From sequence record DRR723986_1863: a DNA stretch of 64,000 nucleotides. One strand, given 5' to 3'. Positions 10,456 to 21,398 of this stretch are shown piece by piece. Made by a program: the position numbers and the translations under genes. Below the pieces are notes generated by a model that saw nothing but the letters and a program-made list of their open reading frames with translations, had not been told where the DNA came from and made no database searches. Within the stretch, counting starts at the first letter, position 1. Each line of letters begins with the position of its first letter.

Positions 10456-11115
10456 ATGAAACTGAAAACGATGGATATTTCCGCGACTGCTTCGGCATCG
10501 TCGATTGTGTTCGACGCGCTGCGGAAAGCCATTATCGAGGGCCAGCTTGAAGAAGGCGAACCTCTCCGCCAGGACGAAATCGCCCGCCTGTTCAACACCA
10601 GCCGCATTCCGGTACGCGAAGCGATCTCACGCCTCGAGGAACAGGGCCTCGTCAAGACCCAGCGCTACAAGGGGGCTGTCGTCGCCGGTCTATCACCCAG
10701 GGAAACGGCGGAAATCTTTGACCTGCGCGCACTGGTCGAACCGGAAATCATCCGCAACGCCGTTCCGCTGATGTCCAAGGAATTGCTGGCAGACGCACGG
10801 GAAAAATGCGCGGCGTTCTCCTCGGCCACCGATCCGATGGCCTATGGCGACCTCAACCGCGATTTTCACGAAACGCTCTACAGCGCCAGCGATCTGAAGT
10901 TCTTTCAGGAGATTGCCGACAACGCCATCGACCGGGTGGAACGGCAGATCCGAGCCCAGCTGGTCATGTCCAACGGCATGGAACGGGCGGGACGCGAACA
11001 TTTCGCCATTCTGGAAGCCTGCGAAAAAGGCGACGCGGACCTCGCCTCCAACCTCACCCGGGAACATATCCACGGGGCCAAGGCTTCACTCTTGAAGCAT
11101 CTGCCGGAGGCCTGA
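10456..11115 (+). CDS. GntR/FCD-family transcriptional regulator (probable Hyp regulator)
   Basis: wHTH SRIPVREA, FCD domain (NRDFH, EHFAIL); divergent from the Hyp operon. Confidence 0.9.
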   Translation: MKLKTMDISATASASSIVFDALRKAIIEGQLEEGEPLRQDEIARLFNTSRIPVREAISRLEEQGLVKTQRYKGAVVAGLSPRETAEIFDLRALVEPEIIRNAVPLMSKELLADAREKCAAFSSATDPMAYGDLNRDFHETLYSASDLKFFQEIADNAIDRVERQIRAQLVMSNGMERAGREHFAILEACEKGDADLASNLTREHIHGAKASLLKHLPEA

Positions 11116-11132
11116 AGCCGCCCGGCTCTTCC

Positions 11133-11459
11133 TTAAACGCGATTGATCGACTGAACGGTGCCGGCTTCGTCAATGACGCAAACCGCCTGCCCGCCATCGA
11201 AGGTCAGGTTGACCTGATAGGCGTTTTCGCCCGAAGGCATGGAGCTGACGGGCAGAACATTGCCGCCGGTAACCTGCAGCTCTTCGGCGGCCTTCGAGGC
11301 ACAAAGCAATTGCAGGTCGGTTGGTGCGGTTTCGCCGGACGAACGCACGGCACCGGCCGTCGGTCTCTGGTTGGAGCTGGTGTTGCAGCCCGCGACGACG
11401 GAAAGACAAAGACCGGCAGCCAGTCCCGCAGCAAGCCTGTTCGATACCCTGATTTTCAT
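11133..11459 (-). CDS. Small lipoprotein of unknown function
   Basis: Lipobox VVAGC and two further Cys. Confidence 0.75.
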   Translation of the reverse strand: MKIRVSNRLAAGLAAGLCLSVVAGCNTSSNQRPTAGAVRSSGETAPTDLQLLCASKAAEELQVTGGNVLPVSSMPSGENAYQVNLTFDGGQAVCVIDEAGTVQSINRV

Positions 11460-11491
11460 TTCAAGTTTCTCCCACCCTTCACCGACAGGTC

Positions 11492-12172
11492 TCAGACGCC
11501 CTTGTAAAGGGCAGCCCCCTGCATCAGCACAATCACCTTCGCGCCAACTTCCACGCGGCTGTAGAGATCCGCGACATCTTCATTGTTCAGGCGAATACAG
11601 CCCGATGAGATATTGAGACCGATCGTCCAGGGCTGGTTGGTGCCATGGATGCGGTAGATGGAATCCTTGTTGCCGATATAAAGATACATCGCACGGGCGC
11701 CGAGCGGATTGTCGGGCCCGCCTGGCATGCCGCCCGCCCACTGGGCAGATTCAGGATCACGGGCAATCATTTCCGGTGGCGGTGTCCAGGTCGGCCATTC
11801 CTGCATGCGGCCGATCTTGACGATGCCGGCCCAGCCGAAGCCGTCGCGGCCCACGCCAATCCCGTATCGGATCGCCTGAAAGTTGGGCTGAACTAGGTAA
11901 AGGAAGTGCCTGTCTCCATCGATGATGATGGTACCGGGCTTTTCAGCCGTTCGGAACGGAACCACCTGCCGCCGGAATTCCTCAGGCGACTGGCCATGCC
12001 GGTTATAGAACTTCGCCGCTGCGCGCGGGGTGTAGTCCACCCATTTGCGTGTCGTCGGATCGTAGATCTGCGTCTGGAAGGATTGCGCCAGCGCCACGCC
12101 GGCAAAGGCCAACACCGCAATGGCCGGCAACCAGTTCAAGACAGTGCGAAATGCGCTCGGCAGCCTGATCAT
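11492..12172 (-). CDS. L,D-transpeptidase (YkuD/ErfK family)
   Basis: RYGIGVG, NPLGARAMYL, IHGT...SSGCIRL catalytic motif; ATG 12172 overlaps the upstream stop. Confidence 0.92.
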   Translation of the reverse strand: MIRLPSAFRTVLNWLPAIAVLAFAGVALAQSFQTQIYDPTTRKWVDYTPRAAAKFYNRHGQSPEEFRRQVVPFRTAEKPGTIIIDGDRHFLYLVQPNFQAIRYGIGVGRDGFGWAGIVKIGRMQEWPTWTPPPEMIARDPESAQWAGGMPGGPDNPLGARAMYLYIGNKDSIYRIHGTNQPWTIGLNISSGCIRLNNEDVADLYSRVEVGAKVIVLMQGAALYKGV

Positions 12173-13116
12173 TTGGTCCACTCCCCGATCCTGTCCGCAT
12201 TCGCGGCAATCCAGTCCCTTGCAACATCTTCTGCCGGCTTGCCCTCGACAACGACGGCATAGCTCATCCCGGTCACATCGGCCGGTGTCAGCTCCATGGC
12301 TGACAGGAACGAAGCCACTTCGGGCATGCCGCTTTCAAGGGATGTTGCAAAGGCAATCTTGAAACTGGATGCGTCCCAGGCGGTGTCGGCGTGCGACTTT
12401 TCCAGCCAGTCGTTGTCCTGGGCACGGGTGACGATTGTCCAGCGTGCCGGGTCGTACGCTGGCTCTTCCAGCTTCACGATGTCATGAAGTTCAAAAACAT
12501 GGTGCGGTCCGTAGCAATAGAAGACCACGGGCTTGCCGAAGGATACGGCCGCATCAACGGCGGCCATGGCGACATCTTCCGGCATTTCCAGAAGCGTCAT
12601 TGTCTGGTCGTAGCCATAGGAATGCGCCCTGATCTTTTCGATCTCCGTTGACGACCAGCTCGGGGCGCCAATCCAGATCTCGCCCTTGCCATCGCCGTCA
12701 CTGTCGAATTGCGCGGCCATCTCGGGCTTCACGAGGTCGGCGACCGCCTTGATGCCGGTTTGTTCAACCGTTGCGCGTGTCGCGCAGATATTCTGCGTCG
12801 CGGCGACGCTCTTGGGGCTGAGCGACAGAACATGCTTTTCCTCGCTCAACCGCCCTGCCATTGCAGACAGGTTGGGGAACCAGACTTCCGGATGTACCTG
12901 GACCTCGCCCCGGCCGATATCGGAGAGAATTGTCAGGGTTCCTCGATCACGCAGTTCCGTCTCTACACCGAGGCGCTCTTTGAGAATATCATCGATGATG
13001 TAGGCGGTGACCTGTGCCGAGGGCCAGGCGGGTACGCCGATTACAACGGCATCGGCCTTGGCAGACGTGACGGCGGCAACCGCCATGATCGAGGACATGA
13101 GAACAGAACGCCACAC
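12169..13116 (-). CDS. Glycine betaine/OpuAC-type substrate-binding protein (no cognate permease nearby)
   Basis: Signal peptide, W-x-S, HPEVW, FDSDGDGKGEIWIG, VFYCYGPH. Confidence 0.82.
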   Translation of the reverse strand: MWRSVLMSSIMAVAAVTSAKADAVVIGVPAWPSAQVTAYIIDDILKERLGVETELRDRGTLTILSDIGRGEVQVHPEVWFPNLSAMAGRLSEEKHVLSLSPKSVAATQNICATRATVEQTGIKAVADLVKPEMAAQFDSDGDGKGEIWIGAPSWSSTEIEKIRAHSYGYDQTMTLLEMPEDVAMAAVDAAVSFGKPVVFYCYGPHHVFELHDIVKLEEPAYDPARWTIVTRAQDNDWLEKSHADTAWDASSFKIAFATSLESGMPEVASFLSAMELTPADVTGMSYAVVVEGKPAEDVARDWIAANADRIGEWTK

Positions 13117-13277
13117 AGCCAGTACTCCCTACACACCTTCGCCCCTACCTTAAACACTGCGACAATTCTGACGCAACGGCAAATAGCAGAAACAATTATT
13201 TCCAGTGCCTTGCAGGTTTCGATACCGGCATTCATTTCTGCTGTACGGAAGCTGGGAGAAGGAGCGCTTGGCGATCG

Positions 13278-14642
13278 TTATTCCAGTTCAACGTCTTCCC
13301 GGTAGTCCGGCAGCCAGCACGGCCAATCCAGCTCGCTCTCGATCCTGTAGCGCAGGGCGTCGGCGGCATCCGGTTCGCCATGCGTGATGTAGGTCATCTT
13401 TGGCGGCCGCTCGAAGTTTCCCAGCCACCGCATGATTTCGTCCGCATCCGCATGCGCTGACAGCATGTGCAGGTTGCCGACCTCAGCCCGGATCGGCACG
13501 TCGGAGCCATGGATCCGGACACTTGCCGCACCGGACGTTATCGCCGCGCCTCTCGTTCCTCCCGCCTGAAACCCCGCGAACAGGATCATGTTGCGATGGT
13601 CGGGCGCATAGTGTTTCAGGTGATGCAGCACCCGGCCGCCGGTCGCCATGCCGCTGGCCGAAACGATGACCTTGGGCATGCGATTGCGATCGAGATCCTT
13701 GGATTCCTCCACATCGGCCACGTAATGCGCCGCCCCGTTGGACCAGTCGCATTCTTCCGCCGTCAACCGGTGGTCGCCCGGGTGTTTGCCATAGATGTTG
13801 GAGGCGCTGACGGCCATGGGACTGTCGAGAAAGACCGGCAGGTCGGGAATTCGGCCGTCTTCCTTCAGGCTCTGTATGTGGAACAGCAGTGATTGCGCCC
13901 GGCCGACCGCAAAGGAGGGGATGACAACGGTGCCACCGCGCCGTGCGGTCTTGGTAATGGCTTCGGCCAGGATGTCCTCCGCATCAAGGTTTTCGTGCCG
14001 GCGGTTGCCATAGGTGGATTCGACCAGCAGGTAATCCGCCTCGCGGATCGGCGACGGATCGAACATCGTCGCGTCACCGTAGCGCCCGAGGTCTCCGGAA
14101 AAGACGATCCTTGTGCCACCCCAGGTCAGCTCCACAATTGCCGCCCCCAGAATATGCCCGGCCTTGCGGAAGGTGACGCTGAAAGCGCCCAGCATTTCAT
14201 GCACGTCATCGAAGTCCACTGGCCGGAACCGGTCCAGCGACACTTCCGCATCCTTTTTCGTATAGAGCGGCAGCGCCGGACGGTGCTTCGAGAACCCGTG
14301 ACGATTGGCGAATTCCGCGTCCTTTTCCTGCAAGAACCCACTGTCCGGCAGGAGGATCGAGCACAGATCCCGCGTCGCCCTTGTGCAGACAACCGGCCCC
14401 TTGAAGCCGTTGCGAACCAGGAGGGGCAGATAGCCGGAGTGATCCAGATGGGCGTGCGTCAGGATGACCGCGTCGATTGTTTTCGGATCGACAGGCAAAG
14501 GCGCCCAGTTCTTGAGTCGCAATTGCTTGTAACCTTGGAACAGGCCGCAATCGACCAGCACGCGCGTGCCGTCTTTCTCCAGCAGGTATTTCGAACCTGT
14601 AACAGTGCCGACGCCTCCGAGAAAAGTCAGTTTCACGCTCAT
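13278..14642 (-). CDS. MBL-fold beta-CASP ribonuclease (YSH1/TTHA0252-like)
   Basis: THAHLDH, AGHILG, SGDLG, ESTYG, SAHAD, HGE motifs; start MSVKLTFLGG. Confidence 0.9.
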   Translation of the reverse strand: MSVKLTFLGGVGTVTGSKYLLEKDGTRVLVDCGLFQGYKQLRLKNWAPLPVDPKTIDAVILTHAHLDHSGYLPLLVRNGFKGPVVCTRATRDLCSILLPDSGFLQEKDAEFANRHGFSKHRPALPLYTKKDAEVSLDRFRPVDFDDVHEMLGAFSVTFRKAGHILGAAIVELTWGGTRIVFSGDLGRYGDATMFDPSPIREADYLLVESTYGNRRHENLDAEDILAEAITKTARRGGTVVIPSFAVGRAQSLLFHIQSLKEDGRIPDLPVFLDSPMAVSASNIYGKHPGDHRLTAEECDWSNGAAHYVADVEESKDLDRNRMPKVIVSASGMATGGRVLHHLKHYAPDHRNMILFAGFQAGGTRGAAITSGAASVRIHGSDVPIRAEVGNLHMLSAHADADEIMRWLGNFERPPKMTYITHGEPDAADALRYRIESELDWPCWLPDYREDVELE

Positions 14643-14867
14643 TGCGCTGCATCCTCCCGATCGTCTGCACAAAGTTTCAGCCAAAATGACATCACCTGCC
14701 CGTGCATTCCGGGAAGGCATCTGAATTCAGACATGGAATCAGGAACTTGCGCAAGCCTCCCTTTTGTCACGCAGACTTCGAAACATCGCATCGCAGCAGT
14801 ATTTTCCCGCGGAAGGCTGCCGTTTCTCACCGTAAAAGCCTGTCGAAACGCGTGCATGCATTGAAAG

Positions 14868-14884
14868 ATGCTGCATTGCAGCAT
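14868..14884. promoter_or_regulatory. PhaR/AniA-type operator ATGCTGCATTGCAGCAT
   Basis: Perfect 8-1-8 palindrome containing CTGC-N3-GCAG, upstream of the patatin gene. Confidence 0.6.
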
Positions 14885-15031
14885 ATCTTAGTCTTTCGAT
14901 GCACCGGCAGGCCGTAAAATGGTTTACCGCCGAAATCCGCTCACCAGCGGCCGGGCACGAAACTCAAGCAAAAAATATCACGAGGAAACGTTTCGGGGCT
15001 GGACACTACTTCGTGGAAAGGAACCCGGACC

Positions 15032-16174
15032 TTGAAACATACTGTTTCACATAGCGCCAAAGGAGCGCGCAGGACACGTGTGAACCTGGCGCTCCAGGGT
15101 GGCGGTGCCCATGGCGCCTTCACCTGGGGCGTATTGGACCGTCTCCTGGAGGAAGAGACACTCGAGATCAACGCCCTTTCGGGCACATCCGCCGGCGCGA
15201 TGAATGCGGCGGCTCTGCTGACCGGCCTTATGAAAGGCGGGCGCGAAGAAGCGCGAACGTCACTGGAGGGCTTCTGGAAAACGGTTTCCAAACGAAGTCG
15301 GTTTACCCCCTTCAACATGACGACATCGAGAGCAGTGCTCGGTGGATTGGGAATAGATTTCGAAAGCCTGCCGTTTCTCTTCGGCGCGGGAATGAACTTC
15401 CTGTCGCCCTACGATCTCAACCCGGCAGGCTTCAACCCTTTACGGGAAATCATAGACGAAACGATTGACATCGACGCCATTGCCCGCTCGGCCATACCGC
15501 TGCATGTGACTGCGACCCATGTCGGTTCGGGTGAAGCCCGCATCTTTTCCAACGACGCCGTCAGCACCGATGTGCTTCTGGCATCGGCCTGTCTCCCGTC
15601 TCTCTTTCACGCGGTCGAAATCGACGGCGAGCACTACTGGGACGGCGGCTATACCGGCAACCCCAGCCTGATGCCTCTGGTTCTGGAGCCGGGTGATGCG
15701 GATCTGTTGCTGGTCCAGACGAGCCCTACCGAACGAGCTGCCCTGCCGCAGGATGCCCAGCAGATCGCCGCGCGCGAAAAGGAGATCTCCTTCAATGCGC
15801 CTTTGATCAAGGAACTGCGGTTGCTGGCGGAATTGCAACATCAAGCTGGCGCTGGCACACAGTCGTCCCGGCAAGGTTTCCTGCCGAGCCTGACAGGCCT
15901 CAACGCCAATCGTGCCGCCAGCCCGGCTTCCAATCCGGTCGCCAACCTGCGGATCCACCGGATTGCAGGTGCGGGCATGAACGGCCGCAGCGGTCAATCC
16001 AAACTCAACTCCACCTGGCCGTTCCTGGAGGAACTGCGCGAGGAAGGCCGCACTGCTGCCGATGAGTTTCTTGAAAAGAACCGTGCAGAACTTGGTCAGC
16101 GGTCGACGCTGGATCTCGGTCACTGGCTGCAAAGAGCCGATCCCGCCCCTCTTCGCAAGGCCAAGGCATCCTGA
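15032..16174 (+). CDS. Patatin-like hydrolase, possible PHB depolymerase
   Basis: GGGAHG, GTSAG nucleophile elbow, DGG motif; TTG start. Confidence 0.85.
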   Translation: MKHTVSHSAKGARRTRVNLALQGGGAHGAFTWGVLDRLLEEETLEINALSGTSAGAMNAAALLTGLMKGGREEARTSLEGFWKTVSKRSRFTPFNMTTSRAVLGGLGIDFESLPFLFGAGMNFLSPYDLNPAGFNPLREIIDETIDIDAIARSAIPLHVTATHVGSGEARIFSNDAVSTDVLLASACLPSLFHAVEIDGEHYWDGGYTGNPSLMPLVLEPGDADLLLVQTSPTERAALPQDAQQIAAREKEISFNAPLIKELRLLAELQHQAGAGTQSSRQGFLPSLTGLNANRAASPASNPVANLRIHRIAGAGMNGRSGQSKLNSTWPFLEELREEGRTAADEFLEKNRAELGQRSTLDLGHWLQRADPAPLRKAKAS

Positions 16175-16192
16175 CGCATCCCTCCTGAACGG

Positions 16193-16879
16193 TCAGCGTG
16201 GCAGCAGGCCGTTCAGGATGAGCTGGATCGTGTGATTGAGGTAGGTGCGAATATCCGACAGGCCCGTGATCATGTCGGGTGTCTTCGGGCGGAACAGCCG
16301 AGCCGCAATGAGGACATCCAGAAGATACTTTGCCGTGTCGCGCGAAGACTGGACCACGATCCGGCCTTTTTCGACCTCGTCCTCCACCCAGGCAGTCACC
16401 ACATCATGCAGTTCGCTGCCGCAGTGTTTCCTCAAAAGCATGCCCAGCTCTTCGTTCGCGACCGCCTCCACATAGAACAGACGCATTTCGGCAGCCTGCT
16501 GATTGTGTTTTTCATCGCTCTGGTCAACCTTGAAGACCGCCCTCAGGGCTTCTTCAAGGGTTTCGGCCTTTCGGCCTGCCGGCACATCAAGAAGATTGGC
16601 ACGGTGGCGTATCGCGAGTTCCGCGAAGAGCTCGATTTTCGACGGAAACAACTCGTAAAGCGTCCGCTTGGAAATCCCGGCATTCTTGGCGACCAGTGCC
16701 ATGGTCGTGCCGTTGTAGGAATGCTTCTGGAACGTGCCGAAGGCGACCTCGACTACGCGCGCCTTCAGCGTCGCCTCGTCATGGACCTTCTGCCGTCCGC
16801 GTTGCCGCTGCTCGTTACAGTCATCAAGTCCGCCTGGACAGGAACCCGTTTGCACAATTTTTGTTCTTGAAGAGCTCAT
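16193..16879 (-). CDS. TetR/AcrR-family regulator
   Basis: HTH VAKNAGISKRTLYELFPSK; divergent from the RND operon. Confidence 0.9.
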   Translation of the reverse strand: MSSSRTKIVQTGSCPGGLDDCNEQRQRGRQKVHDEATLKARVVEVAFGTFQKHSYNGTTMALVAKNAGISKRTLYELFPSKIELFAELAIRHRANLLDVPAGRKAETLEEALRAVFKVDQSDEKHNQQAAEMRLFYVEAVANEELGMLLRKHCGSELHDVVTAWVEDEVEKGRIVVQSSRDTAKYLLDVLIAARLFRPKTPDMITGLSDIRTYLNHTIQLILNGLLPR

Positions 16880-17006
16880 TTTGTCTCCTCCCCGTTACGA
16901 ACTGATACCGAAATTCGATTGACGAGGGAACCTTGAAGCGAATAATGGTACCCGAGAGTTTTCTAATACTCCACAGCATTCGCTTCCAAAGAGGTTCCTC
17001 CCGGAA

Positions 17007-18251
17007 ATGACGTGTACCCCTCTCGGTTCGAGCACTGCATACCTGTGCTCTACGAAGAAGCCGTTCCGTGCTTTTCTCTTCGCTTTCCTGATTTCCACCA
17101 GCCTGGGGTCCGGCATTGCTCAGGCCCAGCAGATGCGAGGCGCCGCGCCCAAACCGGAAGTCGGCGTTGTCGAACTTGAGCCCGAGTCGGTCGCGATCAC
17201 GGCCAAGCTTTCGGGCAGGATCGCAGCGTCCCTGGATGCGGAAGTCCGGCCCGAGGTCGGCGGCATCATCAAGGAACGCCTGTTCAAGGAAGGCACGGAG
17301 GTCACCGCCGGAGACGTGCTCTACCGGATCGAGGACGATCTCTACAAGGCAGCACACGACAGCGCCCAGGCAGCTCTCCAGAAAGCCGAAGCGGCCCTGC
17401 CAAGCGCCCAGACCAAGGTTGAGCGCTACGAGGAACTGATCACGCAGAACGCCGTGGCCAAGCAGGAGCTGGACGACGCCAAGGCGGCGCTCGCCCAGGC
17501 AAAGGCGGACATCGCCTCCGCAAAGGCCAGCGTGCAGACTGCAAGGATCAATCTCGACAACACCGTCATCAAGGCACCGATTTCGGGCCGCATCGAAGCC
17601 TCGACGCTGAACGTCGGCGCATTGGTGACCGCCAGCCAGTCGGCCCCGCTGACCATCATCCGTCAGCTTGACCCGATCAATGTCGACGTCACCCAGTCGA
17701 GCACCAACCTGCTGAAGCTGCGAAAGGCCGTGCGCGAAGGCCGGATCAAGTTGTCCGGCGATAACGTGCAAGTGCGCCTGCTACTGGAAACAGGGGAAGA
17801 ATACTCCGAAACCGGCAAGCTGGAATTTTCGGAAGCCCACGTTGACCCGACAACCGGCACCTACACGCTGCGCGCCGAATTCCCGAACCCCGATCGTTTG
17901 CTCCTGCCGGGCATGTACGTCCAGGCGATCGTCGAGGAAGGCATTGCGCAGAACTCGTTCCTCGTGCCGCAGCGCGCCGTATCGCGCAACGCCAGGGGCG
18001 AACCGACGGCATTGTTCCTCGACCAGGACGGCAAGGTGGAAGAGCGCGTCCTGAGGGTCGAAGGCGACATCGGCAACAACTGGCTGGTCAACGAAGGCAT
18101 CTCGGAGGGAGACCGGGTCATCGTTGAAGGCTCGCTGTTCGTACGGGCCGGCCAGGAGGCAACAGGCACTCTGGTGACCATTGACGAAGCGACGGGGGAG
18201 GTGGAAAGCCGCGGTGAGGCGGTGTCGAACACAAGTGAGACTTCCGACTGA
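17007..18251 (+). CDS. RND efflux periplasmic adaptor (AcrA-like)
   Basis: [29 protein letters not shown]; start codon uncertain. Confidence 0.9.
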   Translation: MTCTPLGSSTAYLCSTKKPFRAFLFAFLISTSLGSGIAQAQQMRGAAPKPEVGVVELEPESVAITAKLSGRIAASLDAEVRPEVGGIIKERLFKEGTEVTAGDVLYRIEDDLYKAAHDSAQAALQKAEAALPSAQTKVERYEELITQNAVAKQELDDAKAALAQAKADIASAKASVQTARINLDNTVIKAPISGRIEASTLNVGALVTASQSAPLTIIRQLDPINVDVTQSSTNLLKLRKAVREGRIKLSGDNVQVRLLLETGEEYSETGKLEFSEAHVDPTTGTYTLRAEFPNPDRLLLPGMYVQAIVEEGIAQNSFLVPQRAVSRNARGEPTALFLDQDGKVEERVLRVEGDIGNNWLVNEGISEGDRVIVEGSLFVRAGQEATGTLVTIDEATGEVESRGEAVSNTSETSD

Positions 18252-21200
18252 TGTCAGCTTTCTTCATCGACAGGCCGATCTTTGCCTGGGTCATTGCCAT
18301 TGTCACGATGCTGGCAGGCGCACTGGCCATCACGACCCTTTCCGTTTCGCAATATCCGCAAATTGCACCGACCACCGTCAACATCAGCGCCAATTATCCG
18401 GGCGCCGATGCGGCGACGGTCGAAAACTCGATTACCAAGGTGATCGAACAGGGCATGTCCGGGATCGATTACCTGGACTACATGACCGCGACGTCTTCGA
18501 ACTCCGGTTCAGCCCAGATTTCGCTGACGTTCTCCTCCAAGGCGGATCCGGACGTTGCCCAGATGCAGGTGCAGAACAAGCTGCAGCTCGTCTCCAGCCA
18601 GCTGCCGCAGATCGTCCAGAACACGGGCATCACCGTCACCAAGTCGACTTCCGGCTTCCTGATGGTGCTCGGCTTCGTTTCGACGGACGGACGCCTGACT
18701 TCCACTGACATCGCCGACTACGTCGACAACACGCTCAACGACACGCTGAAACGCGTCGAGGGTGTCGGTGAAACCCGGTTGTTCGGCTCCGGCTATGCCA
18801 TGCGCATCTGGCTAGACCCGACGAAACTGCTGAAATACAACCTGATGCCGAGCGATGTCAGTTCCGCCATCCAGGCCCAGAACACCCAGGTTTCCGCCGG
18901 CCAGCTTGGCGGTCTGCCACAGACCGAGGGTCAGCAGCTCAACGCAACCATCACCGCCTCCAGCCGCCTGCAGACTGCACAGCAGTTCCGCGACATCATT
19001 CTGAAGAGCTCCGAAGACGGCTCTGTCGTTCGCCTCAACGATGTCGCCCGGGTGGAAGTTGCCAACGAAAGCTACAGCACTTCTGCCTTCTACAACGGCA
19101 TGCCGGCGTCCGGCCTTGCGGTCTCGCTTGCGACCGGCGCAAACGCCATCGACACAGCTCAACGGGTACGCGACACCATCGACCGGCTCTCCTCGACGCT
19201 GCCTGCCGGGGTCGACGTGGTCTATCCCTATGACACCACCCCTTTCGTGAAGCTCTCCATTGAGAAGGTGGTCCACACACTTCTGGAAGCTGTCGTGCTG
19301 GTGTTCCTGGTGATGTATCTCTTCCTGCAGAACCTGCGCGCGACCATCATTCCGACACTTGCCGTGCCCGTGGTTCTGCTCGGCACCTTCGGGGTGCTTG
19401 CGCTGTTCGGCTATTCGATCAACACGCTAACGATGTTCGCCATGGTGCTCGCCATCGGGCTATTGGTGGATGACGCCATCGTCGTGGTGGAAAACGTCGA
19501 ACGCGTGATGGCGGAGGAAGGTTTGCCGCCGCGTGAGGCGACCCGCAAATCCATGAACGAGATCACCGGCGCCTTGATCGGCATCGCGGTGGTGCTGTCC
19601 GCCGTCTTCGTGCCGATGGCGTTTTTCGGCGGCTCCGTCGGGATCATTTACCGCCAGTTCTCGATCACCATCGTTTCGGCCATGGTGCTGTCGGTATTCG
19701 TTGCGCTCATCCTGACGCCAGCGCTGTGCGCCACCATGCTGAAGCAGGGTGACCACGGCCACAAGCGTGGTCCTTTCGCCTGGTTCAACAAGGGTTTCGA
19801 CGCAAGCGCAAACGGCTACAGGGCGGCAAATGGCGGCATCCTGAAGCGCGGCAAGCGCTTCCTTGTGCTGTTCATTGCAATCGGCGTTGCCATGGGCTGG
19901 ATGTTCAATCGCCTGCCAAGCTCCTTCCTGCCGCAGGAAGACCAGGGCATTCTGATTGCCATGGTCAACCTGCCCGTTGGCGCGACCCAGGGCCGGACAC
20001 TGACCGTGCTCGACAAGGTACGCACCCACTTCATGGAGAACGAGCCGGATGCGGTCGACAGCGTCTTCACCGTCGCCGGCTTCGGTTTCGGCGGTCAGGG
20101 ACAGAATGTCGGCCTCGCCTTCATCCGCATGAAGGACTTCACCGAGCGCGAAGACCCGCGGCTTGCCGCCCAGGCAGTTGCAGGCCGTGCCATGGGAGCC
20201 TTCTCGCAGTTCAAGGACGCCCGTGTGTTCGCCCTTGCCCCGCCTGCCATTCAGGGCATGGGCAACACCAACGGCTTTTCGTTCTACCTGCAGGACATCA
20301 ATGGCGCTGGTCATGACCGGCTTATGGAGGTTCGCAACCAGTTGCTGGGCATGGCGGCACAATCCGGCAAACTGGCGGCGACACGGCCCAACGGCCAGGA
20401 AGACCAGCCACAGTTCAAGGTCGACATCGACACGCAGAAAGCGCGCCTGCTCGACCTCGGCATCCCGGACATCAACGACACCCTGTCGATTGCCTGGGGG
20501 TCCGACTACGTCAATGACTTCATGGACCGTGGCCGCATCAAGCCGGTCTATGTGCAGGCCGATGCCCCGTTCCGCATGCAGCCTTCCGATCTGGACCTGT
20601 GGCACGTGCGCAATTCCAATGGCGACATGGTGCCCTTCAGCGCTTTCGCCTCATCGCGCTGGACCTATGGTTCCCCGCGGCTCGAGCGCTTCAACGGCGC
20701 GTCGGCTGTGGAACTGCAGGGCCAGGCGGCTCCCGGGATCAGCTCGGGTGACGCGATGGCGGAAATCGATGCGCTCGTGGCCCAGCTTCCGGCAGGCTTC
20801 GTTCATGAATGGACCGGCCTTTCCTATCAGGAACGGCTTTCGGGCGATCAGGCCGCATCGCTTTATGCGATCTCGATCCTGATCGTGTTCCTGTGCCTTG
20901 CCGCCCTTTATGAAAGCTGGTCGATCCCCTTCGCGGTGATGCTGTCGGTCCCAATCGGCGTCTTCGGCGCCCTGGCGGCGGCCCTGATTTTCGGGCAAAC
21001 CAACGACGTCTACTTCAAGGTCGGCCTGCTGACGACCATCGGCCTGGCGGCGAAGAATGCCATCCTGATCGTGGAGTTCGCCATCGAACAACAACGACAG
21101 GGCAAGGACCTGCTGCAGGCGACACTGGACGCCGCTCGCCAGCGGCTCCGGCCGATCCTGATGACGTCCTTCGCCTTCATCCTGGGTGTGACGCCACTGG

Positions 21201-21388
21201 CGATTGCCACCGGGGCAGGTTCGGGTGCGCAGAACTCCATCGGCATCGGCGTCATGGGCGGCATGATCGCCTCCACCGTGCTCGGCATCTTCTTCGTGCC
21301 GCTTCTGTTCGTCACCGTGCGGCGCATCTTCAGCCGCAAGCAGACGAACGAAGCAGCCCCCGACACTTCAGGCAGCAAAGCCCATTGA
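18251..21388 (+). CDS. RND efflux transporter (AcrB/HAE1 family)
   Basis: [47 protein letters not shown]. Confidence 0.95.
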   Translation: MSAFFIDRPIFAWVIAIVTMLAGALAITTLSVSQYPQIAPTTVNISANYPGADAATVENSITKVIEQGMSGIDYLDYMTATSSNSGSAQISLTFSSKADPDVAQMQVQNKLQLVSSQLPQIVQNTGITVTKSTSGFLMVLGFVSTDGRLTSTDIADYVDNTLNDTLKRVEGVGETRLFGSGYAMRIWLDPTKLLKYNLMPSDVSSAIQAQNTQVSAGQLGGLPQTEGQQLNATITASSRLQTAQQFRDIILKSSEDGSVVRLNDVARVEVANESYSTSAFYNGMPASGLAVSLATGANAIDTAQRVRDTIDRLSSTLPAGVDVVYPYDTTPFVKLSIEKVVHTLLEAVVLVFLVMYLFLQNLRATIIPTLAVPVVLLGTFGVLALFGYSINTLTMFAMVLAIGLLVDDAIVVVENVERVMAEEGLPPREATRKSMNEITGALIGIAVVLSAVFVPMAFFGGSVGIIYRQFSITIVSAMVLSVFVALILTPALCATMLKQGDHGHKRGPFAWFNKGFDASANGYRAANGGILKRGKRFLVLFIAIGVAMGWMFNRLPSSFLPQEDQGILIAMVNLPVGATQGRTLTVLDKVRTHFMENEPDAVDSVFTVAGFGFGGQGQNVGLAFIRMKDFTEREDPRLAAQAVAGRAMGAFSQFKDARVFALAPPAIQGMGNTNGFSFYLQDINGAGHDRLMEVRNQLLGMAAQSGKLAATRPNGQEDQPQFKVDIDTQKARLLDLGIPDINDTLSIAWGSDYVNDFMDRGRIKPVYVQADAPFRMQPSDLDLWHVRNSNGDMVPFSAFASSRWTYGSPRLERFNGASAVELQGQAAPGISSGDAMAEIDALVAQLPAGFVHEWTGLSYQERLSGDQAASLYAISILIVFLCLAALYESWSIPFAVMLSVPIGVFGALAAALIFGQTNDVYFKVGLLTTIGLAAKNAILIVEFAIEQQRQGKDLLQATLDAARQRLRPILMTSFAFILGVTPLAIATGAGSGAQNSIGIGVMGGMIASTVLGIFFVPLLFVTVRRIFSRKQTNEAAPDTSGSKAH

Positions 21389-21398
21389 GAGAGTTTCG

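Noticed and set aside
13278-14642. beta-CASP nuclease or the WYL gene (27957-28640) as an anti-phage defence system
   Set aside because: Both are common stand-alone types here with no defence-island neighbours
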